A DNA stretch of 61,726 bases, the filler included, from Asterionella formosa (lineage: Eukaryota), in assembly GCA_002256025.1 (NCBI GenBank). It is 18 parts of 18 records of this genome, joined end to end, with 100 filler letters (N's around TTAATTAATTAA, not from the genome) between each part and the next. Parts side by side here need not be neighbours in the genome. Positions count along the whole stretch, not along the records: positions 1 to 3,344 come from NKIB01014221.1; positions 3,445 to 6,787 come from NKIB01014222.1; positions 6,888 to 10,230 come from NKIB01014223.1; positions 10,331 to 13,671 come from NKIB01014225.1; 14 more parts are not named here. One strand, 5' to 3'. Of this stretch, positions 1 through 11,181 are shown one piece after another (the first letter of the stretch is position 1; each line of letters starts with the position of its first letter). A program made the position numbers and the translations under genes. The notes under the pieces were generated by a model that was given only the letters and a program-made list of their open reading frames with translations, did no database searches and had not been told where the DNA came from.

Positions 1-784
1 AAAAAGGAAGCAATTGACGGTGTGGTGCTACATAGTGTTCGTGAGTTCGTGAACCAAACTACCGGTACCGGGTACCAGGTACCGTGTACATGATACCAGG
101 TACGAGGATAACAATGTTCACAGTGACTGTCGTCTGTTGGAACATCCATACCAGTATGTACCGGTAAGAAGTCGTGAATGCCGGTATTCAACGCATGACA
201 CATCCTATACTATTTACGCAAAGTTTGATTCCTGGTACTCCTACATACCAGCAGGTAAAAAACCACTTCTTCATATCTGACAAACCACGTCATGGTGGGG
301 GAAGAAAATGACTATTGGGCGGAATTAGCCCTTCTTGTTATTTACCGGCACCAGGTAGTAGCCATCGTTGAAGGCATCCACAGTCACGCACACCACCACA
401 TGATAAAGGCTGGCGGGGGATGATTGATTCCATACATTTACATATCATACATACACGAATACCGGGATATATAGATATTGGCTGTGCACAATACATGCGC
501 AGCCAAAAAGGAAAGCAAATCATTGTGCCTGTTTTTTGGACACAATGACTGATAAAGGTACCGGTGCACAGTACATACTGGTCCAAGAAAGCATGTTCTG
601 AAATATTTGTATATTAGTAGGAGTACCAGGTACCGTATCCTCGGCCTACAAATTGATCATTTCAAGTACAGTACATCCATACAATACGGCTGCGGGTTGA
701 CCCAAGGCTACAGGACTGTTTGTTATACTTTCAAAGCTTCAGGGCAGTGCCAACGTTTGATTCTGCCTTCAATTCCCTATTGCC

Positions 785-2728
785 ATGATGCACTCGCGAA
801 ACGCCGTCGGAGAAATGGCCGCTGGCGACGATGTTGCGCCTCTGTTGCGCTACAAGGAGGACAAGCGCTTACCTCTTGTCGGTCCATCAACAAAGAAAAA
901 GATTGTCTATGCCATAGTCCTGCTCTCATTCTTCGGTGTCTTGCTTGTACTGAGCGGTAAAATCTCTTTGAACGGCGATTTTACCAATTTCAGGAGCGGC
1001 GTTTCCAACATGGCGGACAACCGGTACTCCACAAGATCCTTGAACGACTATCATGATCTTTGCATTGTTGGAGCTGGCTTGTCTGGAACTGTCATTGCAG
1101 AGCGGTATGCCAACGTGCGCAACCAAACCTCTCTGATTATTGAGCGCAGAGATCACATTGGTGGGAACTGCTATGATTTCATTGATAAAGAAACTGGCAT
1201 TCGCGTCTCCAAGTATGGCGCACATTTGTTCCACACCTACTATCAACGAGTCTGGAATTATGTACAGCAATTCAGTGAATGGACCAAGTACGAGCATGAA
1301 GCACTCGCTCTTGTGAATGGAAAGCATGTTCCTGTTCCTGTCAACATAGAAACTGTCAATGAATTGTTTGGTCTCACCATCAACACTGAGCAGGAGATGG
1401 ACGAATGGCTAAAGAAGGAACAAGTTCCTTTCGACAACCCCAAAAACTCGGAGGAAATGGCCTTGTCACGAGTTGGCCAACGTCTCTACGAACTCATTTT
1501 TCATCCCTACACGATCAAGCAGTGGGCCAAGGAGCCAAGAGATCTCGGACCAGAAGTGACAGGTCGCATCCCGGTGCGGAACAATCACGATGGTCGATAC
1601 TTTGCTGACCCACACCAGGCCCTGCCTACCAATGGTTACACTGCCATTTTTGAAAAGATGATGGACAACCCACTCATTACTGTAAAGACTAATACTGACT
1701 TTTTCAAAGTACGGAACCGGCTCAAGTGTGGAAAAGTGTATTACACTGGACCCATTGATAGGTACTTTGTTGATTTGGGGTGGGATAAATTGGAGTATCG
1801 TTCATTGGACTTTGAACGCAAAGTTGTCAAGAATACTGATTACTTTCAACCCAAGGGTGTTGTCAATCATCCCAATGCAACTACCAAGTATACAAGAATT
1901 GTCGAATACAAACACTTTTTGAATCAAAAGTCGGATCACACAATTTTGTTTTACGAATACAGCAAGGATGGCGGGGAACCGTACTACCCGGTTCCTAACC
2001 CAGAGAATGAGAGTTTGTTCAAAAAGTATCAAGAAATGGCTGCGAAGGAACACGGGGTTACCTTCGCTGGGCGCCTTGCCAATTACAAGTACTTTAACAT
2101 GGACCAAACCATTGAAAACGCACTCAGTTTGTTCGATGATGACACAAGTTCGTTGGATTTGGTTGTCAGCTATTGCGAAGGTGATGACTTGTCTTGGGTC
2201 CTCGATTGGAAAGACAAACATACTTTCCATGGAGCCTACGTCTATGCATCCTGCAGTAATCCAACACCTTCAGTGGATGCGGTCGAAATTGCACAATCAT
2301 TCACCTACACCCTCAACCTTGGAAATAACAATCAGGACCCCTTGCTTCACAAGATGATGCCATTTGACGAGGCAAATAATCTAATGAAGGCAAAGATCAA
2401 TCCAATCAGAAACTCTTTGGATCGCAGTGACCTTGATTCAATCGCTCATCACCTTCTTCGCAAAGATATTGATTTTGGTTCTCAATCGCTGTTTGTGGAC
2501 GGGAGCACTATGCTTACTTTCGATAATGTGCAAACTTCCATCAAGGCAATCGAAATGGAACCTGTTTTTGTCGATTTTGTAACGTTGCCCTTCCAGGGTT
2601 GCCAAGCCAGTGGGTGTGCAAGGAATCTCCAAGCAGGCATTGGCAAGGAGTTTTATGTAACTCACGAGGCCATGAAGCGATATTTAAGTGTTAATCGGGC
2701 AAGTTTGGAAAAGGTCGCTTCGAAGTAA
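785..2728 (+). CDS. glf: UDP-galactopyranose mutase (prokaryote-type Glf) with N-terminal type II membrane anchor and a C-terminal extension of about 190 aa
   Basis: Intronless 647-aa ORF. Motifs GAGLSG, ERRDHIGGNCYD, YGAHLFHT, YTIKQW, RIPVR..RYF.D..Q.LP..GYT, YRSL, TRIVEYKHF, EPYYP and GRLANYKYFNMDQ all match bacterial-type UGM. KKK-IVYAIVLLSFFGVLLVLSG forms a hydrophobic helix near the N-terminus. Confidence 0.92.
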   Translation: MMHSRNAVGEMAAGDDVAPLLRYKEDKRLPLVGPSTKKKIVYAIVLLSFFGVLLVLSGKISLNGDFTNFRSGVSNMADNRYSTRSLNDYHDLCIVGAGLSGTVIAERYANVRNQTSLIIERRDHIGGNCYDFIDKETGIRVSKYGAHLFHTYYQRVWNYVQQFSEWTKYEHEALALVNGKHVPVPVNIETVNELFGLTINTEQEMDEWLKKEQVPFDNPKNSEEMALSRVGQRLYELIFHPYTIKQWAKEPRDLGPEVTGRIPVRNNHDGRYFADPHQALPTNGYTAIFEKMMDNPLITVKTNTDFFKVRNRLKCGKVYYTGPIDRYFVDLGWDKLEYRSLDFERKVVKNTDYFQPKGVVNHPNATTKYTRIVEYKHFLNQKSDHTILFYEYSKDGGEPYYPVPNPENESLFKKYQEMAAKEHGVTFAGRLANYKYFNMDQTIENALSLFDDDTSSLDLVVSYCEGDDLSWVLDWKDKHTFHGAYVYASCSNPTPSVDAVEIAQSFTYTLNLGNNNQDPLLHKMMPFDEANNLMKAKINPIRNSLDRSDLDSIAHHLLRKDIDFGSQSLFVDGSTMLTFDNVQTSIKAIEMEPVFVDFVTLPFQGCQASGCARNLQAGIGKEFYVTHEAMKRYLSVNRASLEKVASK

Positions 2729-3344
2729 GCCCTACCTTATGGCAAACTAAAACAACTGTTTTTCGGAAAATTATATTTTAGTCCGTGATTCTAGTAATAG
2801 CTACCACGATTTGAAGACTTAATGTTTACTATCACTTTTGATGACAATATATAGCTACTGCGATTCAAAAACAAATTATTTGCGATTACTTCTGAGCGTT
2901 TTTTCAAACACACATCAGTAAAATGAATCAATCAAACTTTCCTTACTTTGAGCCAAACATCTTCCAAGGGCCTAATGGAACCTTCTCCAAGCACGGTGTT
3001 GGGAGATTTCCATCAAGACTCTTTAGAGGTCACTTCTAATTTCTCCATCTGAAGAATGAGTTTAAACATTTGCTCCATGAGAGCTCCAATTTTTCTGTTG
3101 CCATGAGGATAGTACCTGATACATAGTGCTTTGTCATCGGCAAACATTGTTGCTTCAGGCAAAGGTCTACTATGCTCCAGTCTAGCAACCAATGATGAAG
3201 ACATAAGAAATGTTCCAATTTTGGGAGAAACTCGTCTCCTTTTGGTAAAGAACTGAAGTTCAATGTACCCAGAAAGGGAGGCTACAAATCAAAATCTTCA
3301 TGCATGTGCTTCAACACATCAGTGAAGCAAGCCGCCAAAATATC

Positions 3345-3444
3345 NNNNNNNNNNNNNNNNNNNNNNNNNNNNNNNNNNNNNNNNNNNNTTAATTAATTAA
3401 NNNNNNNNNNNNNNNNNNNNNNNNNNNNNNNNNNNNNNNNNNNN
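3345..3444. other. Artificial contig-joining spacer (first of 17)
   Basis: 44 N + TTAATTAATTAA (stops in six frames) + 44 N. Recurs at 6788, 10231, 13672, 17113, 20553, 23992, 27433, 30868, 34303, 37737, 41172, 44604, 48033, 51462, 54881 and 58305. Confidence 0.99.
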
Positions 3445-3647
3445 CAACTCGTAATCTTGTGTACTTGACTTGGGAGGCCCTCGCAGGTTGACCTTCTCGC
3501 AGCGCCGGGGGCGCCACTCGTTCGGTCAACCCCTACTCGCGCCTCCCAAGCCTCGAACACAAGAATACTCGCAGGCAGTCTCCACCCTCGGTCGTGTCTT
3601 ACCTTGGGTAGTAGAGCAGTATATCCTGATAAGGGTTCATCGAATTG

Positions 3648-4199
3648 ATGTTGCTAGTATTGGAAGAAAGTGGGAAGATGCAGATCATTGAGTTAGCAGC
3701 GAGCAACAGGGCTACAACTGAAACCGACAATACCACTATCGTTGACTCAACAGCTGATATTCCTCTCACCGCACCGTCGTTGTCAGAAGTTGATGTTGAG
3801 ACTGATGTTGTCATTCCGAATGACCAAGACGAAGATGACGATTTGACTATAATCGGACTTGAACAAGATCCTGAGCAAGGAGGTGGTGTCGTTAGAGGTA
3901 GGACGCGGCAGAATGCAACCGCCTGGATTGAACAACAAGGACCGGAAATGGAAGCACGGCGACGCATTTTGTTATTGAGAGAACTCCAGCGTGTTCAAAG
4001 AGCTTCTTTTATTCATTTCTTCTTGCTCTGCCTCATTCCTACTTCCCTCTTAATTGTTTTGGTTGCGATTGTACTCGGAGAAAATCAAGTCTGTACTTCA
4101 CAAGCGACTACCTGTATCCAGGAAGCCAGAACTTTTCTCAACGCTTTCACCACTCGGTGCATCTGCGACGCCATTGATGTCACTGATAGAGGCAACTGA
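3648..4199 (+). CDS. Hypothetical single-pass membrane protein
   Basis: ORF of about 183 aa with an acidic N-terminal half, a basic helix, a TM segment FIHFFLLCLIPTSLLIVLVAIVL and a Cys-containing C-terminal tail. Start codon uncertain (3648 or 3678). Confidence 0.7.
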   Translation: MLLVLEESGKMQIIELAASNRATTETDNTTIVDSTADIPLTAPSLSEVDVETDVVIPNDQDEDDDLTIIGLEQDPEQGGGVVRGRTRQNATAWIEQQGPEMEARRRILLLRELQRVQRASFIHFFLLCLIPTSLLIVLVAIVLGENQVCTSQATTCIQEARTFLNAFTTRCICDAIDVTDRGN

Positions 4200-4548
4200 G
4201 CGGCAAAGTCAATCAAAAGAGAATTATCAATTGTTATACTTGTGCGGAGGATTCTCTATGTGTACTATCTGTTACTTTTCTAGTTACATTATTTACCTGT
4301 CAACACCCAGGCATGTATACAATCTAATGCGTTGTTGCTGTTCGAGACTACTTGAACGGTGTTGTATACGCGCGACTCCAATGAATAGATAGTTGCTATT
4401 TAGTGTTTACCGACAGTATTTATTCTTGCACTGACGGAGGACGGGGTGAGTAGTTTTTGGATGGCTCATAGTGAATTATTGAGTGTGAAGTATTTGAAAG
4501 TATGAAGCATGCGGCAGAATACAGTGGTCGCCGCCCTTTGCTCAGAAA

Positions 4549-5693
4549 TTATAGAGAGTTAAAAGATCCCATAACAAGCTCGACGTGAACCTCAGGGATC
4601 TCGTCGGTCAGCAATGTCTTGCTAGTAGAGAAGCGAAGTGTAATAGTAGTATCGCGGTCGCCATGGGTGCACGATGTGTAGAGGTCCACTGCAGTCTTCG
4701 GCTTTGGTGGAAATGCGTTAACTTGCACCCTGAAAAATTGAGATCACCTGAGTGAGCCGCTAACATATTCCAAGGAAATTTTCAATGGCGTGGTACTTAC
4801 GTCCTGACCTCTTTGACGCACAGATATCCAACTTCCTTGTCAACTCCCCAGGTCGTTTTCTTCTGCTTCATTGCCCCGAGAGGAGCTAGTCTTACCGTCA
4901 ACGAGCAGTCCCCGACAATACCGGTTTCAGGTGCGCAAAATGACCGACTTTCGTGATTGCACTTTTTTATACCGACAATGCATGGTTGGTATGATCCCAC
5001 AGAACCGAGGACAACTTCATTTGCTACCACCTCTGCAATAGCGGTAACCTTTAACTTAAGAGGTACTTGATCATGATTGAATTCATGGTGGTAGATAATT
5101 AGAGGGCCAGCGGTAACGTTGAAGACCAAAGAGGGAGATTTCCAGAAGGAAATAGTGACGGATGGAACTTGCATTTCTATGCCGTTTCTCGTTTGATAGG
5201 CAAGTGAGTCAGTTACTGATAGCAATTCCATGTCTAGTATCTCACGAGATTGGTGCTGCATGGCACTGTGAATGGTCTCAATGTACGAGTCAACCCGAAT
5301 TTGAGCCAGTGAAGCTCGCCAAGAGGTAATCACGCTTCCTTCTTTTCCAAGGTTCTCGAGCAACACCTTAGTTTCCTCGAACAAAATACTAGCGTCTGAC
5401 AGAAGTGAACACTTGCATGCCCCAAGAGTTGGCGAGAAAGGCATTGATTCGAGCCTTCGATCAACTTCGTCCATCAGGTCAGAGTATTTGAGATACAAGT
5501 GAAGTAAGCTTTCTCGCAACGCATGGCTTTCATTCGTGGTGTCACAAGAGTGCGCTAAGTCCAAGCAATCAAAAGACAACGATGACCTCCTCAAGCGAAA
5601 GCAGTTTTCTTTCGCAAATGAGTTTGGCGAGCAAGGTGTGCGAGAGTCGCTCTTGAGGTCCTCTCCACAACTATCATCCTTTCTTGGCGCCAT
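4549..5693 (-). CDS. Hypothetical protein, 2 exons (5693-4801, 4729-4549)
   Basis: The ORF-track protein ends at a GTAAGT donor (4800). A 71-nt intron to a TTTCAG acceptor (4730) restores the frame: ...KEVRT-VQVNAFPPKPK...MGSFNSL*. First ATG at 5693. Confidence 0.65.
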
Positions 5694-6407
5694 GGGTTTA
5701 ATGGAATATGCAAACGACTCGAATTGTAGATGAGACTGGGCGGACAAATTGTCAAGACTGTGTTTGCCTAGAAATAATGATGGTCTTTTCTGATGGACGT
5801 GGTCTTGTGTTGGTGTGAGGTCCCTTTTTTAATTTATAAGAACACAATTAATTTAATTTTTGTCGCTCTTTTTGTGTGTGTGCAATCAGCGGCAACCATA
5901 CGTATATACCGGTACTGTGGTACCTGGTACCAGGGTACTAACAGCCATCCTGTAAGAGGTCATTTTCTTCGCTCTCTTGTCGAATCACTCCTACATATTC
6001 AGGTGTAATGGAAATAACGACAGGAAACAACTCCAACAACGAACGAGGTCTGATGCTTCAATTGGCTGAACAATTCTCTATATTTCTATATGATCAATAT
6101 ATATGCGTGAATAATACGATATAAGAAATGTCAACCTTGCCACCGGAATATTTCCTTACATGAGTAAAAATATGTCTCCGACTAAATAGTAATTACGCAG
6201 CTAGAGCTGTATGAGGCAGTTGACCAATTACCTATACCTGGTACTGCGGAGCCTGAATAAAACGTATTCCCTGGTATCTTCTTGAAGAAGTTGCCTCGCA
6301 AGGATGTTTTTACCTGCGATATGAGACAATTATGAATACCGGTTTATCATTCTATGTAGGCCCTGGTAACAGGTAAATGGGAGACTGCTACGGAGTACCA
6401 GGTATAG

Positions 6408-6787
6408 TACCCCAGTAAGAAACTGCCCTGACCCATTGAGAATATTTTTGTACTGCTCTGACCCATTGAAAGAATAACACGTTTTGATGTCAAAACTTAC
6501 ATAAATGTAGATTCTGAGAGTTCTGGCACTCTCCCGAGCATGCAGGGTACCAACTAAAAACTGATAGTGAACATTAAATCGAGTAAATTCACGTTTTGGG
6601 CTAAATATGCTAGATACGAACATAATTATTCAAGAAACGTTGTAGCGATTTAAGTACTAACCAATAATGATTGTGCTTTGAACTTGTCAATTAGCTAGCG
6701 TTACTTCCGTATTTGGTCCCAAAGGTTGCTGTCGACGAGAAATGGAATAAAAAAGCTAAATTAATTTTTATTTCATTCAGCTGGCAT
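6408..6787 (+). mobile_element. Two adjacent DNA-transposon ends of the TA-CCA..AAAAACTG family (at about 6412 and 6550)
   Basis: CCAGTAAGAAACTGCCCTGACCCA with an internal direct repeat resembles 44896. TA+CCAACTAAAAACTGATAGT (6548) resembles 16498 and the reverse complement of 52447. Confidence 0.55.
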
Positions 6788-6887
6788 NNNNNNNNNNNNN
6801 NNNNNNNNNNNNNNNNNNNNNNNNNNNNNNNTTAATTAATTAANNNNNNNNNNNNNNNNNNNNNNNNNNNNNNNNNNNNNNNNNNNN

Positions 6888-7110
6888 TTGTATTGTAGAA
6901 ACCAAATCCACTATTTTGGTATCCTCCATATCCCGTAGCAACATTATTGACGACAACGGTCTGGTTGGAGTTGCCGAAAGTGTTGCCGAATTGGCTGGTG
7001 TTTTGATTACTTCCACCCCAACCGGAAGAAGATCCACTATGATGGCCACCGCCATGATGACCTCCTCCTCCTTCTCCTCCTCCATGGTGATGACCTCCTC
7101 CATGAACCAT
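6888..7110 (-). CDS. 5' fragment of a Gly/His-rich low-complexity protein (truncated by contig end)
   Basis: MVHGGGHHHGGGEGGGGHHGGGHHSGSSSGWGG...GYGGYQNSGFGFYN stays open to the contig edge. Confidence 0.5.
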
Positions 7111-7672
7111 ATTTGTGGATGCACGAACGGTGAATCAAAAACGTATAAATCAGTCAAATCATCGCCTTCGATGATGATTCTGAGATTCTTGTTCAAGTCG
7201 TGTTTTCAGTTTTGCCGCGTACTGATCATGCATGATGATGGTGTGTTCAATGGTGTGTGGTGTCTATGTATACACCGGTATGCCGGTGTTTTAAGGTCTC
7301 TCATTCCTTATCACATGTGTTTACCGGGGTAGCTATGTTGGGGTGCGACCACGAGTAGCTTGTGTACATACGCAGTGTAAGAATATGCATTGCTTGCTGG
7401 TCCTGCTCCGGAGTGCGGGTACGTAACTGGCTGGCTACGAACTTACCGTTACCGTATACTAACGGTATACCTCGTCGTTCTTCTCTGTGCATGTGGGTGA
7501 TGCTCCTGGCAGGTGTGTCATGGTGTCGTCCGAAATTCAGTGTTCTCAAATATCATAAACATTACGTGTATTAATTATATGTGTTGATGGTCTTTTTTCT
7601 TCGGTCTCCTGCCTTTTTGTTTGCTTACCGGTATGCAGTAGCATAACGCCTGGTAGCGGTAACTAGCACTAA

Positions 7673-9462
7673 GGCCATTGCTAACGGTGGACCAAAACGC
7701 AAACCAAACAGTGTTTTGGTTTTGGTAACCCTAAAAAACGATGCTATCAGGAGTGAAAAACCCAACGCAGTTGACTGGATGACTCCATATTTCTGGTTCA
7801 CTATACCGGTACCAGGGTACCGGTAGTTAGTCTATTGCATATTCATTCATATGTAGGCCCTGGAAATCATGATGAAAATAGCACCAGATGAGCGAGGTGA
7901 ACCAAAGCCCAACGATCTACATAATCTTTCTGACTTGTTCCGGTTTCTCAAATCCCGTTCGTGAGTTCAGCCACCAAAAGCCTACATAGATCCCAATATC
8001 GTTCTGAAATTTCGGTATCATTTCCGGGTTTCAGGCAACAAATTATGTATCTCACCACAGGGGCAGTACATTTCATTATCAATGATTGCCCCCTCGTGCC
8101 TCCTTCCAAAACAGTACCAGGTACCAGGTACTTTCGAGTAGCACATCCTTTGCCAGGGATAAAAAATACTCAAAACACACCAGCAGGACATTAAATCAAC
8201 AATATAATTGCATTTCTGTGTGAGGCCATTGCTATCGGTGGACCAAAACGCAAACCAAACAGTGTTTTGGTTTCGGTAACCCTAAAAAACGATGATAATG
8301 GGAGTGAAAAACCCAACGCAAACGCATTACATTTAGGGGATTCCGTGCCCATATCCCAATAAGTTACCCAAACGCATTACATTTGGTTTTTTTTCCCAAA
8401 GTTACCTAAACGTAGGATTCCATATTGACTACTTTGAATGTAGTCACTAGAAACCCAATTATTATCATCGTAGAATCAGTACATATAGGACGCATCATTT
8501 ACCAGTATATCATACATAGATACAACAATAGCTATACGGTACTCTGGTACCAGGTACCAGGGGACCACACTGTCGAGAACAACAACAACAACAAATCATC
8601 TCGGATTTCACCACAATCAACATGTCATCAAACCCACATTTCACCAACATGGCACACATGGATTCATGTGACCATCGCCCACATAACATTGTACAATGTC
8701 TAGATGCTAATGGTGAGGTAGAACCAGAGAAATACTTCCAGTATCTTCAGTTTTTGTCTGATTTCGGAAGAACTCTACTCATGCCCACTCCAGAAATACA
8801 AGGTCTTAACAATGTGCCTCTACCCCCAAGAGTTAGAGTGAGAGGAAAGAACAAGGTCTATGAATACATCAATGACGAAGGGCTAATTCAAATGATACCT
8901 CCTGTGATGTCAAACTGGTATATACTATACATTTCCAGACCAGCAGTTGAATCATTGTCATTTCAAAAGAAATTCCGCCACAGATTTCGACTACCACACA
9001 ACCAGTTCCTCCAATTTGTTGTTGATGCTAGAGATTCAAATTGGTTTCCTTGCTGGACTCGACCTGATGCAACAGGAAGGGCATCATCACCCCTTGTTGT
9101 TGTTGTTGTGTAGTACCTGGTAATATGTACTTGGAGTATATATTTACTACTCTATATTATATATATACATACTGGTGTGTAGTTGGATGACAGCAAGACA
9201 GCAGCATTGCTCCAATTGCGGGAAAAACTAACTAATTCCCAAATAGGAATCATAATATTTCATTTATAAAAGTAGTCTAATAGAAATATTTTACTTTTTT
9301 TATAATGGTTTTGTCATCCTACGTCACAGTAGATGGGTGGTTGACAGCATTTGGGATTTCCCAAAAACCGATAGCATCGTTTTTTCGTCAGTCGACCAAA
9401 ACCAAAACCAATCCAAAAAAAAGTGTTTGGGTTTTGGTTTGGGTCAACGGTTAGCAACGGCC
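7673..9462 (+). mobile_element. Non-autonomous PIF/Harbinger-type DNA transposon with duplicated left end
   Basis: TIRs GGCCATTGCTAAC (7673) and GTTAGCAACGGCC (ends 9462), flanked by TAA on both sides (7670-72, 9463-65). A second ~97-nt copy of the left end starts at 8224. Contains a truncated transposase ORF. Confidence 0.75.
8622..9113 (+). pseudogene. Truncated Harbinger/PIF transposase N-terminus
   Basis: WYILYI...KKFRHRFRLPHNQFLQFV...WF...DATGRASSPL matches the FRRRFR N-terminal motif of stramenopile Harbinger-type transposases. The ORF ends before the DDE core. Confidence 0.65.
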
Positions 9463-10330
9463 TAACTACCGGGATGCTATGGTACCTGGTACAAATTGAG
9501 ATGCTACTATCATAGTAGCAGTGAAATACAACAGTGACGTATCTTGGCCGACATTTTAAAGTAGTCTAGTAAATGGAAGAGTAGTGTAAATTCCTTTCGA
9601 GAAATACTGTCGCTCAACACCATGGTATTATGTATCGCATGACCAGGAAAAAACCACAACCGTCCTACAGACGTACATGCACTATGAGATAAAAGGTTTC
9701 TCTATCCTACCGGTACCCTGGTAGTACCGGTACATAGGCACATCATGTACGACAAAAATAAGAATATAACCAGAATGAACATCTACATACCGGTATACCG
9801 GGTAATGCAATGACTACCTGGTACTATGTATGGCATGATGTCACATTGCAATCTGTGCGTATGGTGACATGCATGTAGAATAATAGCGCCATCAGAGGAG
9901 CTTTACATAATGAGGATGTCAGGATACGGTATGTTCCTTGTTCTTCTCCTTGACTCGGCTCGTCACCCCCCGCATTCAGACTTTGTCAGATTGCATACGT
10001 ACCGGTATTTCTATTCATATCAGACTGTTGGAGAGATCGGCGTCTCCCCATCAATCCTGGTTGTTCAATTATTCACACACCTTGTCTCCAGTCACAAAGG
10101 GCACGACAAGGCGCTTTTAAATTTTTGTTTGCCTCCGAATTCTGAAACCAAGGAAGCAAAACATTCACAAATTCATACAACACTTTGTGTCTATACCGGT
10201 AGTAACCAAGCATTGCGCATCACATACTTANNNNNNNNNNNNNNNNNNNNNNNNNNNNNNNNNNNNNNNNNNNNTTAATTAATTAANNNNNNNNNNNNNN
10301 NNNNNNNNNNNNNNNNNNNNNNNNNNNNNN

Positions 10331-11181
10331 AAAAACGACTTACAGTTGCCACTGAGGCCTTGAGGTCCGTCTTGAGTCTTGGTGACCCCATGCGCATGGA
10401 GGGTGCCATAGTCAAGATGGCTCGTGAAGGCAAGATCGATGAGCCCTTCTTGTTGCTGCTGGAGGCCAACGCCACCCAAGCTCGTGATGCAGGTGCGACT
10501 GGACCAGCTCAGCTGATGGAACGGCTCCGTAAGCGTGCTTCCGAAGAAAAGGACAAACAAGCGTCGAGCAAGGAGATCCGTCTGATCCGACAATTGCTTC
10601 GCGCCGCTGATGGTATCGAACGTGAAAAGATCCTTGTAGAAGCATTCACTCCAAAGGATGTCTTGTTGGTAAGTATTAACCAAGAGAATCAGACGTCGTG
10701 TGGCGTCATTATATCCTGTTCTCTCATTTTTGTTCACTTTTTGTTCTTGTCAACAACGTGCCTGCAGGTCGCTGGAACTCCCGAAAACGCGCAAAAGGCA
10801 TTAGACGGTGAACGCCCTGACGAGCAAAAGCCAATGCCCGATGTGCCTCCTCCTGATTTTGTCAATGCATGCAAAGCTGTCTTGCTTAATTTTGGAAATT
10901 TGGTCGCTGATGATGATCGTGGTGACCTTGCAACCCGAATCAAGAATATTGCTTCCGAAGCCGAAGTTGTTGCAACTCGCATTTATGGTAAGGGAATGTC
11001 TCTCCGTGAACAACAAGACCGTGCATGGAAGGAACAAACAACGTCCATCTTTGACTTGGAAACATTGGAAATTGAAGCGGAAAGAAATGGAGAAAGCGCC
11101 CCATGGGCAAATCCCGAAATGGGTGATGAGATTCTTCCAGGGTTTGATGCTGGTGGGAGAATGCGTATTGGTGGCCAGTAA
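10331..11181 (+). CDS. 3' part of an At4g37920-like conserved (probably plastid) protein; intron 10669-10767
   Basis: KEIRLIRQLL...ERE.IL.EAFTP and KMAREGKIDEPFLLLL resemble the At4g37920/At1g36320 family. 99-nt GTAAGT...TGCAG intron; 5' end cut by the contig edge. Confidence 0.65.

Noticed and set aside
2900..3344. Minus-strand coding remnant
   Set aside because: Interrupted by stops and a frameshift, and no family is recognisable.
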